Virus record (IMG/VR): IMGVR_UViG_3300030376_004325
Coordinates: 1-34,955 of that record
Strand: one strand, 5' to 3'
DNA: 34,955 bases
Source of the DNA: a virus
Lineage: Duplodnaviria > Caudoviricetes
Position numbers and translations under genes: made by a program. Shown here piece after piece: positions 1 to 7,025 of the stretch (positions are counted from its first letter, which is position 1; every line of letters starts with the position of its first letter). The notes under the pieces are model-generated. The model saw only the letters and a list, made by a program, of their open reading frames with translations, did no database searches and had not been told where the DNA came from.

Positions 1-213
1 GAGAGGGAGACGTTTAAGCGATTCCCCTACCCAGAGGACAAGCCCCAGATGATAGCCGTCTACCGAGAGATCGGTAAGATGTACGGTGAAGAGATTGGAG
101 TAGGCAGCATTCCACCGGAAAGAGTTCACCTGTTGATCTATGCTGAAGGGCTGGATCCTAATTTTAAGAAGTTCTTTGAAGGGCTTGGCCCTGATTCAAT
201 CAAGTTCGAGTAA
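1..213 (+). CDS. 3' end of a hypothetical protein (partial)
   Basis: Frame 1 open (ERETFKRFPY...DSIKFE*); TAA overlaps the next ATG (TAATG). Confidence 0.7.
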   Translation, partial: ERETFKRFPYPEDKPQMIAVYREIGKMYGEEIGVGSIPPERVHLLIYAEGLDPNFKKFFEGLGPDSIKFE

Positions 214-347
214 TGCCTAAGAAGCTGCATCGCAAACTGTCAAAGACTGCCAGCAAGAAGGGGATGTCTGGTGAGCGGAAAAAAGCCTACGTCTACGGGA
301 CGCTCGCCAAGGTCAAGAAGAAGACCGGCGGGAAAAACAGAGCCTAA
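213..347 (+). CDS. Small Lys-rich hypothetical protein (44 aa)
   Basis: Manual translation MPKKLHRKLSKTASKKGMSGERKKAYVYGTLAKVKKKTGGKNRA; coupled to upstream stop; below ORF-track cutoff. Confidence 0.65.
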   Translation: MPKKLHRKLSKTASKKGMSGERKKAYVYGTLAKVKKKTGGKNRA

Positions 348-741
348 CTTCTCCAAGGGGAGGGCAGGGGAGCTGCTGGTAGCAGCCAAGCTGCTCAACC
401 TTGGCTTCGATGTCTTCCTACCTATCTCAGATCGAACTGCTGTTGACCTGATTGCAACCTGCAACCAGCAGACTCTCAGGGTGCAGGTCAAATCTCGCTG
501 GGATCCTGTAAAGAATAAAGGGAGTCAGGTACTGCTAGGACGATGGGATCCCAGCCTTGTGGATGTTTTGATTGTCTACGTCCACCCAGCTATTTACTAC
601 ATCATCCCGGTAGAGGAACTTGAGGCCGGACGATTCAGCCTGTGCTTGTTTCCCTACGGAAGAGGGCGTAAGAGATCGGGGCAATGCCTAGAAGAGTTTT
701 TTGGACGCTGGGATCTGCTGAAATCCCAAAGTGGCCCTTAG
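271..741 (+). CDS. PD-(D/E)XK endonuclease (PDDEXK_5 / homing-endonuclease-like)
   Basis: Motifs KGRAGELLVAAKLL, FDVFLP, VDLI, RVQVKS; start uncertain. Confidence 0.8.
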   Translation: MSGKKPTSTGRSPRSRRRPAGKTEPNFSKGRAGELLVAAKLLNLGFDVFLPISDRTAVDLIATCNQQTLRVQVKSRWDPVKNKGSQVLLGRWDPSLVDVLIVYVHPAIYYIIPVEELEAGRFSLCLFPYGRGRKRSGQCLEEFFGRWDLLKSQSGP

Positions 742-796
742 AGTGGCCCCCAAAAAAAACAGCCCTATAAACAGGGCTTCAAATTAGGGTTAATGT

Positions 797-838
797 TCGA
801 TTACAAATCGAGTGCTCTACCAACTGAGCTAAACTGGC
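797..838 (-). pseudogene. 5' half of tRNA-Thr(UGU) (attP identity block)
   Basis: Minus strand GCCAGTT TA GCTCAGTTGGTAGAGC A CTCGA TTTGTAA TCGA: acceptor 5' strand, D arm, anticodon arm (TGT); no T arm or 3' acceptor strand follows. Confidence 0.92.
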
Positions 839-853
839 TTTTCCTCGAAAGGA

Positions 854-888
854 GGCGGGAAATTGATGTTTTTCCTAAAAGACATCAA
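854..888 (-). promoter_or_regulatory. Putative sigma70-type promoter for the reconstituted tRNA
   Basis: TTGATG-17 bp-CAATTT then GC-rich CCCGCC discriminator-like sequence just upstream of the tRNA half; weak -10. Confidence 0.5.
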
Positions 889-1078
889 GCGTTTTCTGTT
901 TTTTTCTTCTCATCAACCTATGCAGAGATATGCAGGCAAGGGCAGGGATACCCGCCCAAAGTGGCCCCTGAAATGGCCCCCGGTAAAATACGGCTTTTAA
1001 GGGCCACTTTTTTTATCTTTTTTTTCAAACTCTTCAAAAACCTCAGTAAACAAGAGGAAAATCATTTGATTAAAACGC

Positions 1079-1107
1079 TTGACTGTGTACACAGTGTCTA
1101 CTATGGT
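1079..1107 (+). promoter_or_regulatory. Early promoter with operator 1
   Basis: TTGACT-17 bp-TATGGT; perfect palindrome ACTGTGTACACAGT at 1082-1095. Confidence 0.8.
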
Positions 1108-1154
1108 TATCCCCGTTACGGCAATAAAGCCGGACACAAAACAAACACACAGAT

Positions 1155-1427
1155 ATGACAAAAGAACTAAAAGACGCAGTTGCCGCTATTGAGCAGCACT
1201 GGTTTGACGGAAGCGAAGCCCTCAAAGTCGATCACCTTTCCAGATCGCTCAAGTATGCAGTGAAGAGGGCAGACTTCGCAATAGATGGCGGCCCAAGTAT
1301 GTGGGAGTTCGGCAAGAACCTTGAACTGCTTGAGCTTGAGCGCAGCTTAGAGCGTAACGCTCAAATGCTCTTAGACGCTGCGGAAGTAGTGAAGCAAATA
1401 AACAAACAGGAAACAGTTACAGCCTAA
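1155..1427 (+). CDS. Hypothetical early protein
   Basis: First ORF after promoter; start within CACACAGATATG motif. Confidence 0.8.
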   Translation: MTKELKDAVAAIEQHWFDGSEALKVDHLSRSLKYAVKRADFAIDGGPSMWEFGKNLELLELERSLERNAQMLLDAAEVVKQINKQETVTA

Positions 1428-1441
1428 ACACACACACAGAT

Positions 1442-1723
1442 ATGTACTCACTAACACAAAAACAGACTGCGATTCTTTACAGAACACCGAGCAGCCTAAT
1501 GATAGAAGAAAACGGTAAGGCTGTTAAAGCGATAAGGATTTCCGGAGCAGCAGAGCACAAGTCTATGCGCTCCTTGGAAAGCAAAGGCTTGGTAACGGTA
1601 CAACCTGTTCAGGCCTTTGATAACTACTTTGTTTTTATGACAAGGAAAGGGCTGGAACAGATAGTGACTAAGCCGGGGGGTATCCTGAGATCCAACATTG
1701 AGCAAGTTTCTCTTGCAGACTGA
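1442..1723 (+). CDS. Hypothetical early protein, possible winged helix
   Basis: LTQKQ...MRSLESKGLV...VFMTRKG pattern; start within CACACAGATATG motif. Confidence 0.7.
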   Translation: MYSLTQKQTAILYRTPSSLMIEENGKAVKAIRISGAAEHKSMRSLESKGLVTVQPVQAFDNYFVFMTRKGLEQIVTKPGGILRSNIEQVSLAD

Positions 1724-1726
1724 AGT

Positions 1727-1767
1727 CACCCCTCCCCGTTGCCCTCTTCGGAGGGCATAGGGGAGTG
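1727..1767 (+). promoter_or_regulatory. Stable RNA hairpin upstream of integrase
   Basis: CTCCCC..TGCCCTC-TTCG-GAGGGCA..GGGGAG with cUUCGg loop; no U-tract. Confidence 0.65.
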
Positions 1768-1798
1768 ATGCTAAACAACATCACCCACACACACAGAT

Positions 1799-2887
1799 AT
1801 GAAAATACCGACAATAAAGAAGATCACCAAGAGGCTGACAGTTCTCCCTACGGGACGCTATCAGTATCGGGCAATGATTGACGGGGTTAGAACTAAACAC
1901 AGCCCTGAGACTACGGACAAGACAACAGCAGCCCAGCGAGTACAGAAGTGGCTGGAGGAGCTGGCAGCAGGCAACTACGACACAGTGACCAAGCTGGAGC
2001 GGAAGGAGAAGAAGGTGATGACTTTTCAGCAGTGCCTCAGCATCTACGAGCGAGAGGCAGAGGTGAAGGAGTCAACTATCATCGGCAACCGTTGTTGCTA
2101 CAAGAGGCTGCTTCGGGAGAACAACCTGAAGCTCACTGATCCGGCCAGCAAGCTCACTGCTCAGGTCTTGAAGAAGTGGGTGAAGAGCTGCGTAGGCAGG
2201 TTTGGAGATGATGAGGAGAAGGCCAAGCGGAAGGATAAGGCTGCCAGCATCCTCCGCTGTGCTCTCTCGATCTGGGCAGACAAGCTGCTGCAGTACTACG
2301 AGCTGCCGGAGAACTGGGACGTTCTTAACTTCAAGGTGAGCCAGACCAAGATCAAGGGCTGGGCTGCTGCCACAGATGGCAGGTATGAGAAGGCGTTCCA
2401 ATACTTCGACAGTATCAAGGATTCTGATCCCCAGCTCTACATCGCTTTCAAGCTGATGGCAGAGTATGGCCTTCGTAACAGTGAAGCCAGCAGAGCCAAG
2501 CATCATTGGCTGCTGCCTCACGTTTTCTCTGTCTTGGTCAGCAAGGTGGACGGCAAGCCCAGAGATCTCCCTTACCAATCAGAGAGCGACAGGGAGCTGT
2601 TTGAGAGCCACAACAAGGAAGGGGAGCATATCCTAGCCGGCTCTATGACAGAGCGCACAGATAAGGTCTGGAGGCGATTAAACGCCAAGCTCACAGAGCT
2701 GGGCTTTACCAACAAAAAGAAGGCTTATGATCTGCGTAAGTACTTCGGCAGTCAGGTAGCTCTTCAGACCAAATCTGTCTGGCTTGCTGCTGAGATGCTG
2801 GGCAACACCCCAGAGGTAGCTAAGGCCAACTACGTCAGTATGCTGAAGACTCCTGCCTTCAACATCAGAAAGGGGGCAGCAGCGTGA
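1799..2887 (+). CDS. int: Tyrosine recombinase / phage integrase
   Basis: YGLRNSEA (R), YDLRKYFG (HxxR variant), MLGN, ANYV (Tyr nucleophile); N-terminal arm-binding-like segment; near attP. Confidence 0.9.
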   Translation: MKIPTIKKITKRLTVLPTGRYQYRAMIDGVRTKHSPETTDKTTAAQRVQKWLEELAAGNYDTVTKLERKEKKVMTFQQCLSIYEREAEVKESTIIGNRCCYKRLLRENNLKLTDPASKLTAQVLKKWVKSCVGRFGDDEEKAKRKDKAASILRCALSIWADKLLQYYELPENWDVLNFKVSQTKIKGWAAATDGRYEKAFQYFDSIKDSDPQLYIAFKLMAEYGLRNSEASRAKHHWLLPHVFSVLVSKVDGKPRDLPYQSESDRELFESHNKEGEHILAGSMTERTDKVWRRLNAKLTELGFTNKKKAYDLRKYFGSQVALQTKSVWLAAEMLGNTPEVAKANYVSMLKTPAFNIRKGAAA

Positions 2888-3255
2888 AACTAATCAGCAC
2901 AATAGCCCTCTGTGGCCTCGTATTTGGCTGGGTAGTGTCAAGACCCTATGCAACTGAAACAGAGGCTGTAGCGAGCTATTACGGGGCTAAATACGCAGGC
3001 CGGCCAACAGCATCGCATCACCTGAACTGGAAGTACTCTTACTTCGATCCTGAGAAGCTGACAGCAGCTCACAAGACGCTGCCCTTCGGGACTAAGCTGA
3101 AGGTGAGACTTGGGCCAAAGTCGGTGATTGTTGTGATCACAGACCGGGGGCCTTTCATAAAAGGGAGGGATCTGGATCTCTCTCGTAAAGCCTTCCAGCA
3201 GCTCTGCCACACAGATGCCGGGATCCTGAAGGTAAAGGTGGAGATCGTAAAATAG
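2884..3255 (+). CDS. rlpA: RlpA-family lytic transglycosylase (double-psi beta-barrel) with hydrophobic N-terminus
   Basis: ASYYG, GRPTAS, LTAAHKTLPFGT, ITDRGPF, LDLSRKAF signatures. Confidence 0.93.
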   Translation: MKLISTIALCGLVFGWVVSRPYATETEAVASYYGAKYAGRPTASHHLNWKYSYFDPEKLTAAHKTLPFGTKLKVRLGPKSVIVVITDRGPFIKGRDLDLSRKAFQQLCHTDAGILKVKVEIVK

Positions 3256-3288
3256 AGCAACGGTTTTTTAACTGTTGCAATCTGTTGC

Positions 3289-3326
3289 AACTCTCCTGTT
3301 TTTTTTGAAGGCAGGAGGGTTTTTTT
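3289..3326 (+). terminator. Intrinsic terminator of the int-rlpA operon
   Basis: AACTCTCCTG / CAGGAGGGTT stem followed by T-run. Confidence 0.65.
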
Positions 3327-3351
3327 GTGTTTTATTATTGCACTACTTTTA

Positions 3352-3381
3352 TTGACAGTGTACACAGTTTTCACCTATTGG
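3352..3381 (+). promoter_or_regulatory. Promoter with operator 2
   Basis: TTGACA immediately followed by GTGTACACAGT (3358-3368); -10 weak. Confidence 0.65.
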
Positions 3382-3418
3382 ACTGTATTTGTCCCAGCTT
3401 AAAAACTAAAATACACAG

Positions 3419-3613
3419 ATGAAATTACTGATTGATGCGGAGCAATCAAGTTCTCTGAAAGAGGCAGAGAGAACTACGGGGAAAACAAAAGAAGAAATAT
3501 TACAGCTCTGTTTTTCGACGCACCTTCTTAAAGAGCTTGGCAGCCGCCGCCTTACGTCCTTCCTCAGAGTTAATGACTTCATCGAGGTTGAGTCTGATAC
3601 AATTTTCGACTAG
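3419..3613 (+). CDS. Small RHH-like protein, overlapping the repressor antisense
   Basis: MKLLID...LKEAERTTGKTKEEILQLC strand-helix-G-helix pattern; own promoter/operator; ACACAGATG start context. Confidence 0.6.
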   Translation: MKLLIDAEQSSSLKEAERTTGKTKEEILQLCFSTHLLKELGSRRLTSFLRVNDFIEVESDTIFD

Positions 3614-3724
3614 ATCAGTTTTGGTAGTCCCAAGATAGTCGGAGGCAGCCTCAAGCAACTCGTTCAGATCCGCATCAAAGCGGAAGTGTACCAGTTCTTT
3701 GTTTTTCTTGGCCTTGGCGGGCAT
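3500..3724 (-). CDS. Ribbon-helix-helix transcriptional regulator, probable immunity repressor
   Basis: LVHFRFDADLNELLEAASDYLGTTKTDLVENCI (Arc/CopG pattern); only convincing minus-strand gene; divergent arrangement. Confidence 0.8.
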   Translation of the reverse strand: MPAKAKKNKELVHFRFDADLNELLEAASDYLGTTKTDLVENCIRLNLDEVINSEEGRKAAAAKLFKKVRRKTEL

Positions 3725-3733
3725 AACGGCGGG

Positions 3734-3762
3734 AGGCTTGCAAAGCGCGTGTACACAGTCAA
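3734..3762 (-). promoter_or_regulatory. Leftward promoter with operator 3
   Basis: Minus-strand TTGACT followed by GTGTACAC; operator GTGTACACAGT at 3749-3759; predicted -10 ends about 10 nt before ATG (near-leaderless); -10 weak. Confidence 0.6.
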
Positions 3763-3809
3763 CCTCTTTTTTCAGTACATATTAAACCTCAATTATTTAA
3801 AAAAACCCC

Positions 3810-3840
3810 TTGCCTATTCAGTAGCCACAGTGTACACAGT
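3810..3840 (+). promoter_or_regulatory. Rightward promoter with operator 4
   Basis: TTGCCT-17 bp-TACACA; operator GTGTACACAGT at 3830-3840 covers the -10. Confidence 0.6.
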
Positions 3841-3868
3841 TTGCACGCCTATCACTGGCGTGAATGTT

Positions 3869-4021
3869 ATGAGTTATCAGGAGGTAGAGGAGGAAAAAAG
3901 GAAGAGCGTTCACTATCGGTTTCCGCTCTTTGTCATTAGACGGTTAAGGGCATTAGCTAAGTCGAGGAGTATGACAATGACAGGCGTGCTTGTTGAGCTG
4001 GTCTCTCGCGCAAAGCTATGA
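3869..4021 (+). CDS. Ribbon-helix-helix regulator (Cro/Arc-like role), 50 aa
   Basis: KSVHYRFPLFVIRRLRALAKSRSMTMTGVLVELV; ATG 3869 preferred to track start 3686. Confidence 0.8.
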   Translation: MSYQEVEEEKRKSVHYRFPLFVIRRLRALAKSRSMTMTGVLVELVSRAKL

Positions 4022-4134
4022 ACCAGCTCCTTCTAACTAGGACAGTAAGATGCAGGGTTTTTCTTAGTTTGTCCCTGCGAGCACAAGCGTCTCACTCCTC
4101 TACCTCCAACCCTCAAGGAGGATCCCAGTGGTAA
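4018..4134 (+). CDS. Possible 38-aa coupling/leader ORF
   Basis: ATGA overlap with upstream stop; its stop overlaps the start of xis (GTGGTAA). Confidence 0.4.
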   Translation: MNQLLLTRTVRCRVFLSLSLRAQASHSSTSNPQGGSQW

Positions 4135-4289
4135 CTCATATCTCAGTGCAGGCTGCCGCGAAGAGGCTCTCAGTGTCTCCTGACACCATCAGAAGGGCGA
4201 TTAAGGCCAACACCTTGAAAGCGGTAAAACTCAGCCCTCAGATCACAAGAATCAACGTCAAGCATTTGGAGCAATGGGTGGCAAATTAA
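4128..4289 (+). CDS. xis: Excisionase-family (HTH_17-like) DNA-binding protein, 53 aa
   Basis: ISVQAAAKRLSVSPDTIRRAIKANTLKAVKLSPQITRINVKHLEQWV; SD AAGGAGG at 4115-4121; absent from ORF track. Confidence 0.85.
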   Translation: MVTHISVQAAAKRLSVSPDTIRRAIKANTLKAVKLSPQITRINVKHLEQWVAN

Positions 4290-4651
4290 GCAGAGAAAAA
4301 GGCAAAAGGGGCGAACGCCAGTGGCGGGATATGCTACGGGAGTTTGGCTTCGGCAAGAGCTTCAGGAGCCAGCAGTTCTCAGGCAAGTCACCAGACGGAT
4401 CCTCTGCTGATGTCCAATGCCCTGAGCTGCCGGCTATCCACTGGGAAGTGAAGAACGTGGAGAGGCTGAACATCTGGGACGCAATCAAACAGGCTTTATT
4501 TGATAAGGCTGCCGGCAAGATCCCGGTAGTAGCTCACACCAAGAATAATTACGGCTGGCTCTGTACGCTGCCGGCTGAAGACTTTCTCAACATCCTACGC
4601 AGATCAGATCTGGTGCAGTGTGTTGAAGAACTAGAAACAAAAGATAAATAA
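4274..4651 (+). CDS. Holliday junction resolvase-like PD-(D/E)XK nuclease
   Basis: SREKGKRGER, SADV, HWEVK, LNIWDAIKQA motifs. Confidence 0.85.
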   Translation: MGGKLSREKGKRGERQWRDMLREFGFGKSFRSQQFSGKSPDGSSADVQCPELPAIHWEVKNVERLNIWDAIKQALFDKAAGKIPVVAHTKNNYGWLCTLPAEDFLNILRRSDLVQCVEELETKDK

Positions 4652-4656
4652 CAGAT

Positions 4657-5235
4657 ATGTTAATAACACAAAAGGAGAAGAAAGAGTATGAACTAGCCCC
4701 AGAGGGAATGCTTACAGCCGTCTGTGTCGATGTGATCGACATAGGTGAAGCTATGGGAGTGCAGCCTGATGATCTAGGTCGCTACTGTGTACCCAGCAAA
4801 AACCCTGCTTGGCAGCCTAAGCCGAGGGCCAGATTGGTCTTTGAGCTGGAGACTAAGATGCAGGACGGTAGACCGTTTGCAATATCAGCAGATTTCCCTG
4901 CCAGCCTTTTCAAACCAGAACCGGGGCAGACGGGGCAGATTGCGAAGCTACGGGACAATCTGGATAACTGGGGGGTGAAACTACCCACAGAGGGCAATAT
5001 CGACCTGAAGGGGCTTCTACTGGGCAAAGGGGCTACTCTTAACGTCAAGCATAACCCTGACGATAACGGCAGAGTCTGGGCAAACGTCTCAACAATTAAC
5101 CCAGAGACTAAAGCGTTGGAACCCTCCGGCGAGTGGGATCCAACTGCAGCCAGAGATCGGATAAAGGAGCGAGCACTAAAAAACACAGTGCAGGCTGCTA
5201 CTCAGTCAGTGACTGAGGATAACCAACCCTTCTAA
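4657..5235 (+). CDS. Putative ssDNA-binding / replication protein
   Basis: APEG..AVCVDVID, LVFEL, LLGK.ATLNV, WANV; acidic tail ending DNQPF. Confidence 0.7.
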   Translation: MLITQKEKKEYELAPEGMLTAVCVDVIDIGEAMGVQPDDLGRYCVPSKNPAWQPKPRARLVFELETKMQDGRPFAISADFPASLFKPEPGQTGQIAKLRDNLDNWGVKLPTEGNIDLKGLLLGKGATLNVKHNPDDNGRVWANVSTINPETKALEPSGEWDPTAARDRIKERALKNTVQAATQSVTEDNQPF

Positions 5236-5252
5236 TCAGTGAGGACACAGAT

Positions 5253-6101
5253 ATGTTAATAGTACAGCCAAAGAAAATTGAGGCTAAGGGCCAAAGCGGG
5301 GGCCACTGGTACACAGCCAGTGGCTCTCCGCTACATACCCAGCCAGATGGGAAGAACACCACACTGCGACACGCTAGGAAACAGGATCTTTACCCTTCAG
5401 TGACCACACTGCTGGGGATCCTAGACAAGCCACAGCTAACCAAGTGGAAGTGCGACAAGTGTATCGAGGAGAGTTATTACAAGAGGCCACTGGAGGACGA
5501 AGATCTGCAAGGCTACAAGAATCGGATCCACCACAACCTGAAAGGGGAGCAGGGCGAGATCCTAGACTTCGGCACTAGAGTTCACAACCAGATTGAGGAT
5601 TACAACAATGGCATCTTCAATCACGAAAACGATCCTGACGTTCTGCCCTATGTCGTGAAATACATAGAGTGGTCTAAGGATAGACTTGTGAAGGTAATGG
5701 CGGCTGAGAAGGTTGTAGTGAATCACAGGTACGGATATGCCGGCACTGTCGATCTGGTTGGCCAAACAAAATACAACAAGTTCCCCTCGATGCTGATCGA
5801 CTTCAAGACGCAGAACGTAAAGGGGAGTAAAGCTAACTTTTACGATACTTGGGCCTTACAGTTGGCAGCTTATCGCAAGGCATTCAAGCCAATGCCGGCT
5901 TGTATGTCACTGGTAATAAACTCAGCCAAGCCGGAGGCTCCAGTAGAGAAGATTTGGACAACTGAGGAGATGAAAGACGCTTGGAGTATGTTCAGTAAGG
6001 CATTGGAGATCTGGCAGCTTCAAAAGAAATACAAGCCAACTCTGGGAAGGCTGCAGCCTCTGGATCCCAACAACCTAGAGGAGGCTGCTGGTGAGCGATA
6101 A
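5253..6101 (+). CDS. PD-(D/E)XK exonuclease (Cas4/RecB-like)
   Basis: YPSVTTLLG, GTRVH, YAGTVDL, IDFKT, LQLAAY. Confidence 0.88.
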   Translation: MLIVQPKKIEAKGQSGGHWYTASGSPLHTQPDGKNTTLRHARKQDLYPSVTTLLGILDKPQLTKWKCDKCIEESYYKRPLEDEDLQGYKNRIHHNLKGEQGEILDFGTRVHNQIEDYNNGIFNHENDPDVLPYVVKYIEWSKDRLVKVMAAEKVVVNHRYGYAGTVDLVGQTKYNKFPSMLIDFKTQNVKGSKANFYDTWALQLAAYRKAFKPMPACMSLVINSAKPEAPVEKIWTTEEMKDAWSMFSKALEIWQLQKKYKPTLGRLQPLDPNNLEEAAGER

Positions 6102-6264
6102 GCATCAGGTAATTCAAACAGCTCCAGACGGCTCAGATCACGCCCCTTGCTTCGGCAAGGGGGATCTGGGGGAGTTTAAGAGAAAGCTGGAGCGAGTGCT
6201 GGACAAACGAGGGTTAAAACAGAAATCAAGGTTGAAATATGGCAAGCAAACGAAAGGCAAGTAA
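6091..6264 (+). CDS. Hypothetical protein (57 aa)
   Basis: GTG with GAGGAGG SD; stop overlaps next ATG (TAATG); contains a cUUCGg hairpin near 6135-6167. Confidence 0.6.
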   Translation: MSDKHQVIQTAPDGSDHAPCFGKGDLGEFKRKLERVLDKRGLKQKSRLKYGKQTKGK

Positions 6265-6464
6265 TGAAAATAATCAGCAGGGAGCAGCTACCAGAAAACT
6301 CAATTCAGTTCAGCGAACCCTGTCAGTCAGCAAGCGAAAGCTGGATAATCGAGAATATGGTGAAGGATATGAAGGAAGCAGGGAAGACCTTCGCAGTGAC
6401 AAGGGAACAGAGGAAGCTGAAGGGGCAAGAGAGGGACTTTCTGATCCTGTGGAAGGTGCTTTAA
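6264..6464 (+). CDS. Hypothetical protein (66 aa)
   Basis: Translationally coupled to upstream ORF; fills gap before GTG 6470. Confidence 0.6.
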   Translation: MKIISREQLPENSIQFSEPCQSASESWIIENMVKDMKEAGKTFAVTREQRKLKGQERDFLILWKVL

Positions 6465-6469
6465 CCAAC

Positions 6470-6826
6470 GTGCCTGAAAACCCCCCTCTGCCTCTTTATG
6501 AGGCTAATCAGATAATCACTGCAGCAGAGAAATACTGGGGTTTAGATTTTGGTGAAATCAGAGGCAAAAGAAGGAAGTTTCACATTGTTTGGGCTAGGTA
6601 CATCGTATGCTCAATTTTAAACAGGAAGGGCTACACTGTAGGAGCTATCGACACTGTGCTGAACAAGAAGAGAGGAGCAGCAAGGCACGCTTTGAAAGCG
6701 TTTGATTCTATCACTAAAACATACCCAAAATACAAGGATCAGGCAGTACAGTTTGATCGTTATCTCTGGAATAAACAGACAGCTAATTCCAGAGAAGGCT
6801 ACCGTTCTGTAGCTGCAAACCGTTAA
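6470..6826 (+). CDS. DnaA C-terminal (domain IV)-like HTH protein
   Basis: IITAAEKYWGL..GEIRGKRRKFHIVWARYIV...GYTVGAI pattern; GTG 6470 preferred to track start 6239. Confidence 0.7.
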   Translation: MPENPPLPLYEANQIITAAEKYWGLDFGEIRGKRRKFHIVWARYIVCSILNRKGYTVGAIDTVLNKKRGAARHALKAFDSITKTYPKYKDQAVQFDRYLWNKQTANSREGYRSVAANR

Positions 6827-6844
6827 GGGTGAGAGGGTTAGATG

Positions 6845-7025
6845 CCTTTTTTTCGTAATATATAACTAATATAACTAATAACAGTATATATATGATTATT
6901 ACTTTAAATAAACCTGTATCTACTTTTAGTACTAAAAGTAATAATAGTACTATTACTAGAATAGATAATAACCTAGTTAAGAATAATAATAATACTGATA
7001 CTGATAGTAATAATAATAATAAGAT
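6845..7025. other. AT-rich palindromic tract, putative replication origin
   Basis: Very AT-rich; perfect palindromes TACTTTTAGTACTAAAAGTA (6921-6940) and TAATAGTACTATTA (6942-6955); AAT repeats. Confidence 0.55.

Larger units (their letters stand above)
725..1010. other. attP: core in tRNA anticodon arm (797-811) with integrase arm-type repeats
   Basis: Symmetric core TCGA-TTACAAA-TCGA; doublets of RTGGCCC at 731/743 and 961/973 (12-bp period); identical CCCAAAGTGGCCC at 725 and 955; inverted copy at 1001-1010; integrase about 1 kb away. Confidence 0.85.

Noticed and set aside
797-838. Complete tRNA gene
   Set aside because: No T arm or 3' acceptor strand; only the att fragment.
793-1158. 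121-aa ORF in the track
   Set aside because: Runs across attP, the tRNA half, T-runs and a promoter; low-complexity translation.
3686-3868. N-terminal extension of the RHH ORF
   Set aside because: Covers the divergent promoters and operators; ATG 3869 fits better.
5253-6101. CRISPR-Cas system from the Cas4-like nuclease
   Set aside because: No repeat-spacer array or other cas genes; common stand-alone phage exonuclease.
6239-6469. Long N-terminus of the 195-aa ORF
   Set aside because: Better explained by coupled ORFs 6091-6264 and 6264-6464.
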